From Stegostoma tigrinum (Eukaryota): 64,000 nucleotides of DNA. A model generated the notes under the pieces. That model saw only the letters and a program-made list of their open reading frames with translations. It had not been told where the DNA came from and ran no database searches. Positions 1 through 13,035 of this stretch are shown piece after piece (within the stretch, counting starts at the first letter, position 1; the number at the start of each line of letters is the position of its first letter). The stretch lies in NCBI RefSeq assembly GCF_030684315.1, contig NC_081397.1, positions 1,054,001 through 1,118,000 of the forward strand, read 5' to 3'. The translations under genes were made by a program, and so were the position numbers.

Positions 1-767
1 AGCACCTTCCCCTGCAGCCAGCGAAGGTGCAATACATGCCCATTTACCTCCTCGTTCCCCAGTATCCAAGAGCTTCAACATACCTTCTCGTTGAAGAATC
101 AATTCACCTGCTCTTCCCAAAATCTAATCTACTGCATTCGCTGCTCACAATGTAGTCTCCTCTACTTCAGGGAAACAAATCTTAGATTGGGTGAGCAATT
201 TGTGGAATCTCTGTGTTCTACTTGCAAAAATGATGCTGAGCTACCTGTTGCCTGCCACTTTAACACACCACCCTGTTCCCTGGTCAACATCTATATCTCT
301 CGCTTTCTGCAGTGTTCCAGGGAAGATCAATGCAAGCTGGAAGACCAACACCTCGTTTTCCATTTGGGCACCCAGAAGCTCGCCGGACTCAATATTGAGT
401 TCAATCATTTAAGGCCTAAACTCTACCATGTCTGAGCCCTCTATCCCACGCACTGGGCATGGTTTTCACGAAGCCTGCCATTATTCACCACCTGTTGTTA
501 GCCACTAATATTCCCTGTAACCAACTCTTCTCCTCCACAGCCTGATCATTATCAATTCTTTGTCTATCCAAGTGCTCTTCTCTCTCTTTAGGGTCTATTC
601 TAACATTTACTCCCTCCCCCTTCCCTTTTATCTGCAACTAAACTGACATTTCCGAGGCACCATCAGTTCTGAGGGAAGTTCACAGAACCCAAAATGTTAA
701 CTCTGTGTTTTTCCTTCACAGATTCTGCTCGACTTGCTGAGCTTTTCCAGCAACTTTGTTCTTGTTG
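1..767 (+). mobile_element. Penelope-like element 3' fragment (GIY-YIG endonuclease remnant plus decayed hammerhead tail), subfamily B
   Basis: ORF 91-435 NLIYCIRCSQCSLLYFRET..RL.E resembles the PLE GIY-YIG motif NVVYCIxCxxCxxLYIGET; decayed tail CAGTTCTGAGGGAAG...CCCAAAATGTTAACTCTG near 664-705. Confidence 0.8.
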
Positions 768-1091
768 TTGTTGAGGGAGTTTACAGTTTCTGTGGCACAT
801 GATGAGGTTGTGCAAGCAGGCCAAACTGCCAACATTTTATACTGAATAAACACCACAGTGTTTGAATTAACAGCACCTATGGAGGGAGTTTTGTCGCGCT
901 TTTGATCGGAATTTAGTCTCAGGAGCAGAGAACGATATTGTCGGAAATGTCTCGAAAACAGCTCTTTATTTTTGGCAGCTTTTCATTGATCATCACATGG
1001 TGCAATGTGTAAAATTCTTAACTCAGAGTAACAAGACTTGAATTCCAGTCAGCCTTCAGGAACTTTTCCTCTGATGTATGCTAAGTGCTGA

Positions 1092-1125
1092 TTTCTGAAG
1101 AAGGTTCCTGACCCGAAACGTCAAA
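1092..1125 (+). ncRNA. Isolated PLE-type hammerhead ribozyme motif (stem II imperfect)
   Basis: TTT-CTGAAGA-A-GGTTCCTGACCC-GAAA-CGTC-AAA; TTT/AAA can form stem I. Confidence 0.55.
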
Positions 1126-1989
1126 AGCACAGGACAGGGCACTCTGGTCCATCGAGTCTCCAACAGTCAAAGGCAAACCACTGAAGTATTTGAACTCCAT
1201 TTTCTAGTATTTGGTCCCATGCTTTGTATGCATTGTCATCGTAAGCACTCGTCTAAATTCTTCTAAAATTATATGACTTCATGATTCCCGTATTCAACTG
1301 GGTGACCCTTTTTACTCACATGTCCCATAGACCTCCTGCCCCTCACCTTAACTACATCATCACCCTAATCCCTACCTCAGTTACTGATCTCTTCACCAAT
1401 TGGAAAAGTTCCATCCAGTATGCCGCACAGGATCTTGTACTTCTCAATCATTTACCCTGAGTAAACTCGGGTCCATGGAAAAAAAAACCTTGAACATTGA
1501 TCCCTCCACATGAATAAAGCCCAGACACGGCTGTGATGCATGGTCTCCCAAGGCGCCCACTGCTATCACACCATACAATGATGTACTTTCCAGAAATGCG
1601 CACAAGTCTTTGGACTAAGAATTGCTTTACACAGTTCCAGGATGCCACCTTATTTCACATGGAAACTGCTCAAATCCCATAATGACATAGCTGATAATGC
1701 ACTTCAATCATATTCAGTTTGTCCACGAACAGCACCAAGAGATAAGGGGAAAGGGTATAAATGCTGAAGTGAAGAAGATCAGATCAGCTGCGATCCAATC
1801 GACTGACACAGCAGACTCAAGTGACCAAATGGTATATTCCTGCTCTAATTTCTTGTGATTTTATGGAACAGAGTCATCCTCCTGGCAGCGTAAAATTGTG
1901 GAAATCGGATTAAATAGTACATGAAGGCACAGAATGGGATGCCAGATTTCCTCGTTCTCTGATTTTCTGTATCCCATACAATTAATCAG

Positions 1990-2800
1990 ATCACCCCATA
2001 TATTTCAGAGAGGGCTGATGAAGATCAGATGAATGCCATCTCAATAAAGTTTCAAAAGGTTTTATTTTGATAAAATGTGACACAGTTTGACTCTTGAGTA
2101 AAGGTTAAGCTGTTGGATGTGAAAGTACAGCAGCAACCTGAAGAGAAAACTGTTGAAGAGTCAGAAATCAGGCTGTGCTGATGATGTTTGTTGTTCAGGC
2201 TGGAGAAGAGTCGATGGCAATGCTCCTCAGGTGCTGGGATAATTATGTGATATATGTTGGTGGTGAGTGCAAAAAAAATCTTTAACTGTGCATGTCAATC
2301 AGGAGTGATAATTCTTCATATCAGCTCAGACATGACTGAAACCAAATGGAGCATTGTCTGAATCAAACCCCACTCAATAACGATTCAGCGTCGAGTTTCT
2401 GGTGAATAAATATTGCTCCAATATTGGGTTCAGTCTCCATTCTCTCCCAAGCTCTCAGATCATGCCAGCCAAATTCACACGGCCAGCAATAGGGAATATT
2501 TTAATAGGTTCCACACAATGCAAACGTTGTAAATCTTCAGGAGGACAGTTAATTTCATTCAAGGAAGTGGAAATGGAAAGAAAAAAATTGCCGACCGTTG
2601 GGTAGACGCAGTTTAATGCGTCGAAGTACGAAGTGATGCATTTTGGCAGCAGGGATTAAAACAAACTGTCAGGACTGAATGGCACGATGTTACAGGAGGA
2701 TCTGATGATTCGCAAATGCAATTCTTGGAAGTAGTAGGAAAGGAAAGCCAATCTCTGGATTGAGAAATAGAAACAGAACACCATTTTCTTTGGTTTTCAA
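1990..2800 (+). mobile_element. Highly decayed CR1-like LINE RT fragments
   Basis: Patches such as CAGTTTAATGCGTCGAAGTACGAAGTGATGCATTTTGG match the CR1 'FN..KC.VMHFG' region. Confidence 0.45.
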
Positions 2801-3844
2801 TAACTAGGACAGAAGATGTGCAAATCTTTTCTTTTGGAAAGCCGCATCTGTCTTCTCAGATGACATTATTTTTGATACTAATTGATATGGCAGGCCAAGG
2901 TCGGGTTGTAGAAACCCTGATTTAATATGTTTCCAATCTTTAAGTATGGGACAAGCTGCGAAAAAAGTTAATTATTTTGCGTGAAATAGACACTTGAAAT
3001 TGATTCAATCTTTCGAAAAATATCGAAGTAAAGACCCCCTAAAGAGAAAACAAATATTTACGGCAAAAGTGTTCACTGAAATAGATGTTTATTGGAGGTG
3101 GAGAGTCAACACTGATGGGTAAGAGAAGTGTGGTAAAAGGTGGAGTTCTCGAGGAAATCCATAGAATTAGTTACATTCACTAATGTGTTCTTTGAAATCA
3201 TAATGACTGCAGAATGCTCCATAAAATATGCGTCAAACAGTGCATGCTGCAAAAAAAAACAAAAATAATTCTCTGTCCAGCAATGGACAGATTGACCAAA
3301 CATTTACTACAAAGGTTATGATCTGTACATACTAAAGACATAAGATCATAAGAAATATGAATAATAGACCATACTGCCTCTCGAGCCTGTTCTGACATCC
3401 AATAGGAACACAGTCACTCGAATATTCATCACATCCACAGGCCTGCCTTTTTCATGTAACACATGATACCTCGACTGATCAAGAATCTACCCATCTCAGA
3501 CTTTAATATACACATAGACTCTGTCGCCACAGCTCTCTGTGGCAAGGAGTTCCAAAGACAACAATCCCCATGCGAGAAGAAATTCTACAATATATCTGTC
3601 TCAGATTAACTATCCTTTATTCTGATACCATATCCTTTAATCATAGGCTCTCCAATGAGAGTAGGCATTCTCTCAGCATTTACCTGGTCAAGTCCATTCA
3701 GAATTCTTCATGTTTCAATTAGATCACCTCTCATAATTCTAAACTCCAAACAGTAGATTCCCAGCCTGTTTAGCCTTTGTTCATATTACAATCCACTCAC
3801 ACTCGGGATTGTGTAGCTGAACATTCTCTGAATTCCTCCAAAGG

Positions 3845-5188
3845 AATCCGAGATAATTGGAACGGCAGATGCTGGAGAATCCAAGATAACAAAGCGTGAA
3901 GCTGGATGAACACAGCAGGCCAAGCAGCATCTCAGGACCACAAGAACTGACGTTTCGGGACTAGACCCTTCGTCAGAGAGGGGGATGGGGAGAGGGTTCT
4001 GAAATATATAGGGAGAGAGGGCGAGGCGGACCGAAGAAGGACAGAGGAGAAGATAGTTGGAGAGGACAGTATGGATGGGGAGGAAGGGAGGGGATAGGTC
4101 AGTCCGGGGAGGATGGACAAGTCAAGGAGGAGGGATGAGTTTGGTAGATCGGAAATGGAGGTGCATCTTGTGGTGGAAGGAGTGGATAGGTGAGAAGAAG
4201 AGCAGGTTAGGGAGGCATGGATGAGCTGGGCTGGTTTTGGGATGCAGTGGGGGGATGGGGGAGATTTTGAAGCTGGTGAAGTCCACATTGATACCATTGG
4301 GCTGCAGGGTTCCCAAGCGGAATATGAGTTGTTGTTCCTGCAATCTTTAGCAGGCATCATTGGGGCACTGCAGGAGGCCCAGGATGGACATGTCGTCTAA
4401 GGAATGGGAGGGGAGATAAAATGGTTCGTGACTGGGAGGTGCAGTTGTCCCTCACCCCCATCCCAGGCCCCAAGATGACTTTCCATATTAAGCAGATGCT
4501 CAGCTGCACATCTGCCAATGTAGTATACTGTATCCACTGTACCCGGCGATGCTTCTTCTACATTGGGAAAATGAAGCGGAGGCTTGAGGACGACTTTGCG
4601 GAACACCTCCGCTCGGTTCGCAACAATCAACTGCACCTCCCAGTCGTGAACAATTTTAACTCCCCGTCCCATTCCTGAGATGACATGTCCATCATGGGCC
4701 TCCTGCACTGCCACAATGACGCCACCCGAAGGATGCAGGAACAGCAACTCATATTCCGCTTAGGAACGCTGAAGCCCAATGTTATCAATGTGGACTTCAC
4801 AAAATGCAAAATCTTCCCTTCCCCCACTGCATCACAAAACCAGCCCAACTCGTCCCTGTCTCCCTAACCTGTTCTTCCTCTCACCTATCCCCTCCTCCCA
4901 CCTCAAGGCGCACCTCCATTTCCCACCTATTAACCTCATCCCGCCTCTTTGACCTGTCCGTCCTCCCCGGACTGACCTATCCTGTCCCCACCTCTCCACC
5001 TGTACTCTCCTCTCCACCTATCTTCTCCTCTGTCCATCTTCGGTCCGCCTCTCCCTCTCTCCCTATTTATTTCGGAACCCTCTCTCCACCCCACTCTGTA
5101 ATGAAGGGTCTGGGCCCGAAACGTCAGCTGTTGTGTTACTGAGATGCTGCTTGGCCTGCTGTGTTCATCCAGCTCCACACTTTGTTAA
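3845..5188. mobile_element. Head-to-head inverted PLE insertion (minus arm 3845-4447, plus arm 4448-5188)
   Basis: Both arms encode the GIY-YIG C-terminus (QEQQLIFRLGTLQPNGINVDF) and end outward in hammerhead-bearing tails; possible TSD CCTCC(A/T)AAGG at 3835-3844 and 5189-5198. Confidence 0.9.
3949..3976 (-). ncRNA. Minimal type I hammerhead ribozyme motif
   Basis: Minus strand reads CTGACGA-A-GGGTCTAGTCCC-GAAA-CGTC; core nucleotides retained. Confidence 0.7.
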
Positions 5189-5425
5189 CCTCCTAAGGTC
5201 TGATAGATTTATTTAAATAAGGAGACAGAAACTGCGCACAGTATCCCAGCACTTGTACTTGTTCCACACTCTTCTGCAACAACCACTTTGAAATATGGGC
5301 CACAATTCAACTCAATTTCCTGATTACCTTTTGCAACTCCTCACTGACGTCTGTGTTTTCTGCATAAATATGTTTAAGTATTTCTGTGTTACAGCTTCCT
5401 GTGGGTTTTCCTCATTCAAATAATG

Positions 5426-6297
5426 AACTACAATGAGTACAAAGTGGAGTATAACGTGGGAAAGTGTGAAGTATAGAGTACAACATGGGAAAGTGAGAGG
5501 TCACGCACTTTAGTGAGAAGGATAGAAGCATGGACCATTTTGGAAATGGGGAGAACATTCAGAAGTCTGAAGTGCAGAGACTTGAATGTTCTTGCCTGGG
5601 ATATTCTCAAAGTAAGCTTGAAGGTTGAGTCAGTAGTTAGGAAGGCAAATGTAATGTTGCCATTTATTTTGAGCGAAGTTGAATGCAAAAGCATAGATTT
5701 ACTTCTGCGGCTCCAGAAGATTCTGGCCAGGCCACATTTGTAATATTTTAAGTAGCTTTGGGCCCCATATCTCAGAAAAGACACACTGGATTTTGAGGCT
5801 CATGAGAACGGTCCCGGAAATGTAAAGTTTAGCAAGCTAAATTGCCTTTCTTGCTCAGGGATGTGGAGATGAGGTGGGTTATACGAGGACGGGTCAGTGT
5901 GCGCTTGATGGGCCAAAGGATTCTATGATCTTTGATCTATATGAGGAAACTTTCAGGACTCTGGATCTCTTCTCGATGGAGTTTAGCAGGATGAGGGGGC
6001 ATCTGGTTGAAATTTGCAGAGTAATGAATGGCCTGGACAGAGTGAATGTTGGGAAAATGTTTCCAATGTTAGGAGAGTCGAGGACACGAGGGCATAGCCT
6101 TAGAGCAAAGGGTAGGCATTTTAGGTCAGAGATAAGGGGAAACTTCTTCACCTCGACAGTGGCAAATCTTTGGAATTTACACCACAGAAGGCTGTGTTCA
6201 AGAGATTAAGGGTTACAGGGAGAAAGCAGTCCAATGGGTTGACAAAGCAGACTCGATGGGCTGAATGGCCTAATTTCTGTACCTTTGTCATGTGGTC
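5426..6297 (+). mobile_element. CR1-like LINE 3' fragment
   Basis: Translations KANVMLPFI, LARPHL and MRGHLVEICRVMNGLDRV...SRTRGHSL...NFFT..VANLWN are typical of the CR1 ORF2 C-terminus; 3' end GATGGGCTGAATGGCCT. Confidence 0.8.
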
Positions 6298-7867
6298 TTC
6301 AGGTAAATATTGATTTCCATTTGAAAATTAACAACTTCTCATCTTCCCACTTTTTAAAAAAAGTTTTCATTGTGGAAAATTTTGCTCACTTACTTAATCC
6401 ATCAATACCTCTGTAATTTGATTGTATCCCATTTAGAACTTGCCTTTTCACCTTTGAGAGTGTCATCTGAATATTTGGCCAAAGCACATTTGCTCCCTTC
6501 CTCTAAATCATTGACATAGATTTTGTACAGGTTTGTGGTCCCAGCACTGATTCATTTAAACCCTACTAGAGAGACCACCAAACAAAAAACAACTCCGTAA
6601 AACTGTTCGCTATTCCCTGCCAAATGTCAAATTCTCAAGCTACGCCACATAAAATTTTCAACACCGTGGTGTCTAATGTCTTAATCTTTTGTTAGCTCCC
6701 TTATGAAATGCTGACTCAAAATCTAAATGCAATGCATCCATTGTTTCCCTTTTTTTTCCATTATGGTTCAGACATTCTCATAATGTCGAAGGAGTTTTGA
6801 CCATAATGACACAGGAGATGAAACTAGGTCATCTGGCCCATCGAGTCTCCTCTCCCATTCAATCATTGCTGTTGAGGTGTTTCGATGATCAGTTTATATT
6901 TAACAACTTTTTTGCCTCGTTCCCTTTATTTTATATAGGATGACACATTGGTAGTTTTAGGATCCTCTGGTGTGTCTCCGGAATTCAAGAATTTATTTTT
7001 GATAAAATTAAAACCAATGTAGCTACCCTCTCTGTAGCTACTTATTTTATAATCTCAGGATGCAAATCATCAGTACCAGAAAGCAAATCTTCCTAAGAAA
7101 AATTAGTTTTTCTGTTACAACGTTCATAATGTTGGTGTTGATACTGAATATTCCTCGATATTCTTTTGCATTAATAGTTTGTTTGAAGATGTTACATGCC
7201 GTTCTGTTTTCTAGGAGAAAAATAAAATTCATTCAGAGCTCTGTGTTCATACCTTGGCCTGTAGATAAACTCCAGAGGATTTCACAGTTGTCTAGAATTG
7301 GTTTGTGGCAGAGGGCATGTGAAATTAAGAGGGCTGCAGAAAAAAAAACTAAAGTGAATCTCACAGATGGCATTCAAGCTGTTAGAATTCCCTTACCCAG
7401 TAATCGTGACCGAGTATGCAATTTAAGAAACTGTATCATTGATAGAATGTGGTGAGCACCCATATATGTTACAGTTGTAGCTACTAGCAGCTCGGTGGAG
7501 CAGAGCACTGTAGATACAGGAATTAATGCAAACAAAAAATTGAAACCCATTCATGCGTCAGGCTTATTTTAGACAAAAGACAACTGTCTAATTTCAGAAA
7601 TTAAGTCATATGCGTGACATCAAGGTCCAAACAACAGGGGAGCCAATCAATTAAATGTATGGCGTCAGGGTCAGATCCTATTTCATTTAGTGTATTATGC
7701 AAAAAAATTTACAAAATCGAATTGATTGTAATTAATGTGAGTGATGATTTGACACATTTACCCCTCTGGAGATCTGATGATTGTAAAAGTACAGACTGGC
7801 TTTCCATATCCTGGCCATACAACTCTCAGAGACCGTCAACACAGACAGAAGTGATTCATTCTCATAA

Positions 7868-9198
7868 ATGAGAAAACCAGCAATTTTGCTGTTGAAAGAG
7901 ATTTACTATCCACTTCTCGCAGCTGCTTGTCTTCCAGGTAAGCCATTCTCACTTGTTTGCTTTTAGTAGATTTTAGTTTCTCCTTGTTAATGCCACATAT
8001 CGTATATTTCCTCGTGTCAGTGTTGCCAGAACAATATCAAGAAATGTGTTTGGACACTGACTGCTTTTTGTTTCACTTTATCTGAAAACACAACTCCTGT
8101 AATGATAATACACTATACGTGTCATCTGCAATGAAAATTGATGATTTTTAGACAGGCTGGCTATACTATATGGAATGATGACTGATGCAACATATTAAAC
8201 TCTTGGGTAAATTTTCTATTTTTAAATCAATCACAATGTATTCAAATGCTCTAAATAATTACCTTCACCTTTATTTCAAACGTGCATTGCAATATTACTT
8301 AACTTCTTTGCCTCTCTTACAGCGAACATGATAACAGTTTTTATTCTCTTACGAAGAAATTGTGGCCTTTCCAAATGCATCTCAACTTACATGGTGGCCA
8401 TGGCAACAACGGATCTATTAGTCATTATCAATAGCATTATAGTATATCGTATTTTGAGTTATCACTTTCCATTTTCCTTCCTGTCCCACACACCAGTGTG
8501 TAAGCTCATTGTATATATGATTACTGTGAGTCTCGATTTAACCGTTTGGTTCACCGTTTCCTTTACATTTGACAGATTTGTGGTGATCTGCTGCCAGAGG
8601 TTTGAAGCAAAATATTGCACCAAAAGAACTGCAACCACGGTATTAACCGTCGTTAAAGAATGTACCGGTTTTGTTTGCATATGAGCCAGAGAAAATCATC
8701 AACAAAATCCAGTGGGGCTGCCGATCAAGTGCAAGTTTCTTAGCTTCATCTCCAGGGATAGCATTTGTCTGGTTTTACAGTGCCTGGGTTGCTTGGCTTC
8801 CATTTATTCTCATGTTCTTGTTTAATTCTTTAACCATTCACCGTATATTAGTTGCGAACAGGATTCACATTGGACTTAAGGGTCACAGAATTGAGAATCA
8901 TGGCAATTCAGAAATGGAAAACCGTAGGAAGTCCATCATTTTATTGTTCTCAGTATCAATTAGTTTCATACTACTTTGGTTAACACATTCTACGAGTTTG
9001 GCCATAACTAGGCTGTCAAAACCTAATTATTACCGAGGTGACTTGAACAATCCTGAATATATCGCAACTGAAACAGGACATATCCTCAAGTTGTTGAGTT
9101 GTTTCCTGAACCCATGTATTTGTGCAAAGACCCAGAACAAATTCAGAGCAGAGCTGAGCAAGGTGATGAAATCTCTATTAAACAAATTCTTTGATTAA
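7868..9198 (+). pseudogene. GPR139/GPR142-like class A GPCR, frameshifted (exon 1 7868-7937, exon 2 8323-9198)
   Basis: Exon 1 MRKPAILLLKEIYYPLLAAACLP ends at a GTAAG donor (7938); acceptor CTCTCTTACAG at 8322 splices in frame to ANMITVFILL...MATTDLL...WFTVSFTFDRFVVICC. Frame shifts at ~8650-8655 (TVLTVV to LKNVPVLFAYEP), then EMENRRKSIILLF and NPCICAKTQ to the stop at 9198. Confidence 0.88.
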
Positions 9199-10639
9199 CT
9201 GAAAAACAAACGGACAAGGCAAATGCATTTTAAATGATTCTCTTTGAAGCTGAGCCTTAATTTCGCATCATTTTCCACAATGGATTCCCTTCGCCCATCT
9301 GGCTGAAAAATAAAATGCTTTACTCAGATGTTTCTAATATTTTCAACTGGACATTTGATGTGTGTGTTACTTTCAGTTATTTAAGATTTTTTTGTTTGAA
9401 TTTTGCAGATAGCATACTTATTCAAAGATAAGATTTTCAAATTCAGGTACGAAGTTGATTCTTTTAAAAATCTGGCTTCAGCACTGGAATGTAAAACATT
9501 GGAAGAAATGTTCCCTTCCTCCAAATCATGAACATAGATTGGAAATATTTGTGGTCCCAGCACCGCTTCTGTTGAACCCCATTCGATCCAGATCATCAAA
9601 CCAAAAAAAATCCTTGACACCATTCGCTATTTCCTGCCAACTATCGAATTCTCAGATCATGCCAATATAACACGTAAATCAATTAATCCACGACAGCGAT
9701 TTGAATCAAATGCATCAGGTTCGACCCATGGTCCAGTTTATTTTTGTCTGGACAAGCAACCAAAGATATTACTGCCTCAAACTTGGAAACTGCATGTTGC
9801 GAGTTAATATCGCCGGAATGAGACCCCACTCTCCGACAAAATTACACATTGAAACGTCACTCACAGAAACTTCATACAAGTAAAGGAAGCACCACAGGAA
9901 AAATATTTCCTTGCTATCCTGGTTATTGCATGATACTGATTAAAAACATGTTTATTGAACGGCTGTAGCCTGCAACATCTGTAAATTATCCGAAAATACA
10001 CATTTGTATGATGCCTTAAACACTCACTGATGAGTGCACGGATGAGCCATAGACTCATGGAAATATCTATTACAGGAATGATCTGATGACTGCAGTACTT
10101 TCTCCCGCATTCTCCAAATAACCTTTCACCCGTGTCGCCCTCAGAAACACACACATCTACTTCCTGAATGTATCCAATGTTTTGACCTTACGTGATTCTT
10201 TGCCACAGAAGGCAGTAGTCACTGTTTGAAAACTCTCTTGTCATCTCAGTGGTACATGTCCTCCCCAATGTGCTTACACTGTGAAACATGTTTCCAGTTC
10301 GCAGTAACATGGCAGAAGATCTGATCAGCTCTTTTGTTCTCACTCAGAATAAATATCTGCTCTATGCCCTTATATTTTCATTTGTTTCAAGGGGAGGAAT
10401 TCTGAGACAGTGCTTAAGTCAATATTTAATGCATTACCCTTGCTGCCCAACTTAGATTGTAGTTTGCTCTCTTGTTTAACTGTTGCAGTTCTTGTGGGAA
10501 TACCACACGTGAGAATGCAGGGGCTCTTGGTTGAAGAAGGGTAGTTACAGTTGCTCACCCATTTTATTTTTCATGCAAACACAATTATCAGTGAACGTTT
10601 GCTCTGAGTTCATAAGAACAGGACCTTGTAAATACCGTC

Positions 10640-11600
10640 ATGTAGTCATACATTCATTCGAACAGAAATAGCCTTTTTAATCCAAGTAATCCATGCCGAC
10701 CATAATCCCAAACTAAACTAGTCCCACCGCCCTGTGCGCCACCCATTTCCCTTCAAGTTCCTATTCATGCATTTACCTAAATGTCTTTGATACATTGTAA
10801 CTGTAGCATCATCCATCACTTCCTCTGGAAATTCAATCGACACAGGAACTGCTCTCTGTAAAGTAAAATACACACATGCCTTTTCTTAAATCTTTCTCCT
10901 CTCGTGTTAAAATGATTCCCCTCAGTTTTGAAATCTCCCATACTATGGAGAAAAAGACAGCTACCATTCGCGTTATCTGTATCCCTCATGAATTCATAAA
11001 CCTCGGTAAGGTCAGCCTCCAATCTTCCAAGCTGCATTGAGAAAGAGTTCCAGCTGATCCAGTCTCTCCTTACAACTCAAACAATTCCAGGCAACATCCT
11101 AGAAAAATCTCTTCTGAACCCTCTACAGCTGGTCACGTCCGACCTATCACCAGGCAGCAAAGACTTTAAAGAGTACTCCAGGAGACCCCTCACCAAGGTC
11201 CTGCACAACATCAATTTAACATCCCAACTGCTAAACTCAACGGCCTGAGCAATGAAGGCAAGCGTCCTAAATGCATACTTAACCCATCCTATCAACATGG
11301 AATGCAAACTTCAAAGAATTATGGACTCGATCATGAAGACTCTGTTGTACTACACAACCCAAGGCCCAACTTTTCATTGCTTAAGTCTTGCAGCTGCTTG
11401 CTTTATCAAAATTCAACCTTGTGTTTAACCAGATTAAACTCCATCTGACCCAATTCATCAAGTTCTCTTTTGAATCATCAATAACCTTCTTCACTGTCCA
11501 CGATACCAGCAACCTGTGCGTCATCTGCAAACTCACTACCCACTCCTCCAAAACGCTCATCGAAATAATTTTTCTAAATGACCAACAAAAGTGAACCCAT
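10640..11600 (-). mobile_element. CR1-like LINE 3' fragment
   Basis: Minus ORFs AFIAQAVEFSSWDVKLMLCRTLVR..LEY and RLEADLTEVYEFMR; CR1-type 3' end near 10650-10740. Confidence 0.8.
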
Positions 11601-12094
11601 CACCGATAAAATTATTTACAAGTCAGGATTTTGCAATACTTCATGTCACTCCGACTAAACTGGCAGCTCACACAATTTTGACATCTCTGAAGATTTTTTT
11701 TCTTGCAGTAGATATGATTCCTGTGAGAGCTTGGACACATTGTAACTCAGTACTCCATTCAACTATGAGGTTCCTTTGAATGGAACTGGGCTGGGAGGGA
11801 GTGAACGACATTACAAATGTGGGTATTGGTGTCCCCTAAAGAAAGGGATTTCATCTTAACTGCTGTGGAACATGCAATCTCGTTTTTCAACGATCACAAC
11901 AGTGATAAAATTTGTAAAATCCTAACATGAGAAAACAAAGCAGAAGAATCAAGAAAATCACAGTAGTCACAATGCACATTGCAGTGTAATCATTAAGTTA
12001 TGTTGTACCAAATGTATCCTGTTCTCTGTTTGAATTTCCCAAAAAAGATTTTGTTTTGCGAATGAGTGAAAATAAACTTGCAAACAATCCTTGT

Positions 12095-12368
12095 GGCGAC
12101 CCGCTGGCTCAGTGCCAATTCCAGCACTGGGCGACTGTCTATGTGGAGATTGTATGCATGGGTTTCTTCCGGATGCTCTGGTTTCCTCCCACAGTCCAAA
12201 CACGTGCAGGTTAGGGTGGTTTGGCCATGCTAAATTGCCCAAAGTGTTCAGGGATGTGCAGATTAGGTGAATTATGCGGGATGTGTCTGGGTGGGATGCT
12301 CTGAGGTTCGGTGTGGACTTCTTGGGGAGAAGGATCTGTTTCCACACTCTCGGAGTTCTATGGTTCTT
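12095..12368 (+). mobile_element. HE1-like (V-SINE type) SINE, internally deleted
   Basis: TGGCTCAGTG A-box start, core TGGGTTTCTTCCGGATGCTCTGGTTTCCTCCCACAGTCCAAA, CR1-like tail TTCTATGGTTCT. Confidence 0.75.
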
Positions 12369-13007
12369 AAAACGAGGTAGCAAAGTGAAAATCGTTACCT
12401 GACGTCATGCATGGTAATCCTACAGGCACTAACCAAAGGGTTGCAGAGAAATAGAAACCTGTCAAGAAATACGGTGTAACATTACGGGCTTTGCGAACAG
12501 GCTTTTTTACGGGTTGCAGGTGCAGGAATTTATTACCTTGAGGGTCTGTACCATCAACTTTTAGGAAGGTCTCCAGAGAGCAGTCTAATCAGGAAAATGG
12601 AAGATGGATCGTAAAAAGTGAAGGATGACATTGGGAAGAGTTCCCCTGACTAGACAACAATTAACACACAACAAATAGGAACAGAATTAGGAAATTTGTC
12701 CCATCCAGTCTGCTCCACCATTCAGTCATGGTTGATACGTTTCTTCACCCAATTCATCCACCTTCACCCAGGAAGGCCTGAAGCAATTTTGTGTGTGCAA
12801 ATTAAAAGAAGCTACCTTAACACTGCAGGGATTCTATGATCAAACACTGAGACAATTATTTCATCTTTATTGCACACAGCGAACAAAAAAGGACCCCTCC
12901 ACTCAGCAAGTTAAGCATGATCACACAACAAGGCTCTTAACAAGATAATGAAATGTGAGGCTGGATGAACACAGCAGGCCAAGCAGCATCTCAGGAGCAC
13001 AAAAGCT

Positions 13008-13035
13008 GACGTTTCGGGCCTAGACCCTTCATCAG
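13008..13035 (-). ncRNA. Minimal type I hammerhead ribozyme motif, intact core
   Basis: Minus strand reads CT-CTGATGA-A-GGGTCTAGGCCC-GAAA-CGTC-AG. Confidence 0.78.

Larger units (their letters stand above)
3335..5425 (-). mobile_element. CR1-like LINE 3' fragment interrupted by a PLE insertion at 3845-5188
   Basis: 3' tail repeat CATAAGATCATAAG at ~3340; CR1-type sequence at 3335-3844 resumes at 5189-5425. Confidence 0.65.

Noticed and set aside
12400-12407. Perfect CRE palindrome TGACGTCA
   Set aside because: About one 8-mer match is expected by chance in 64 kb and no gene start is nearby.
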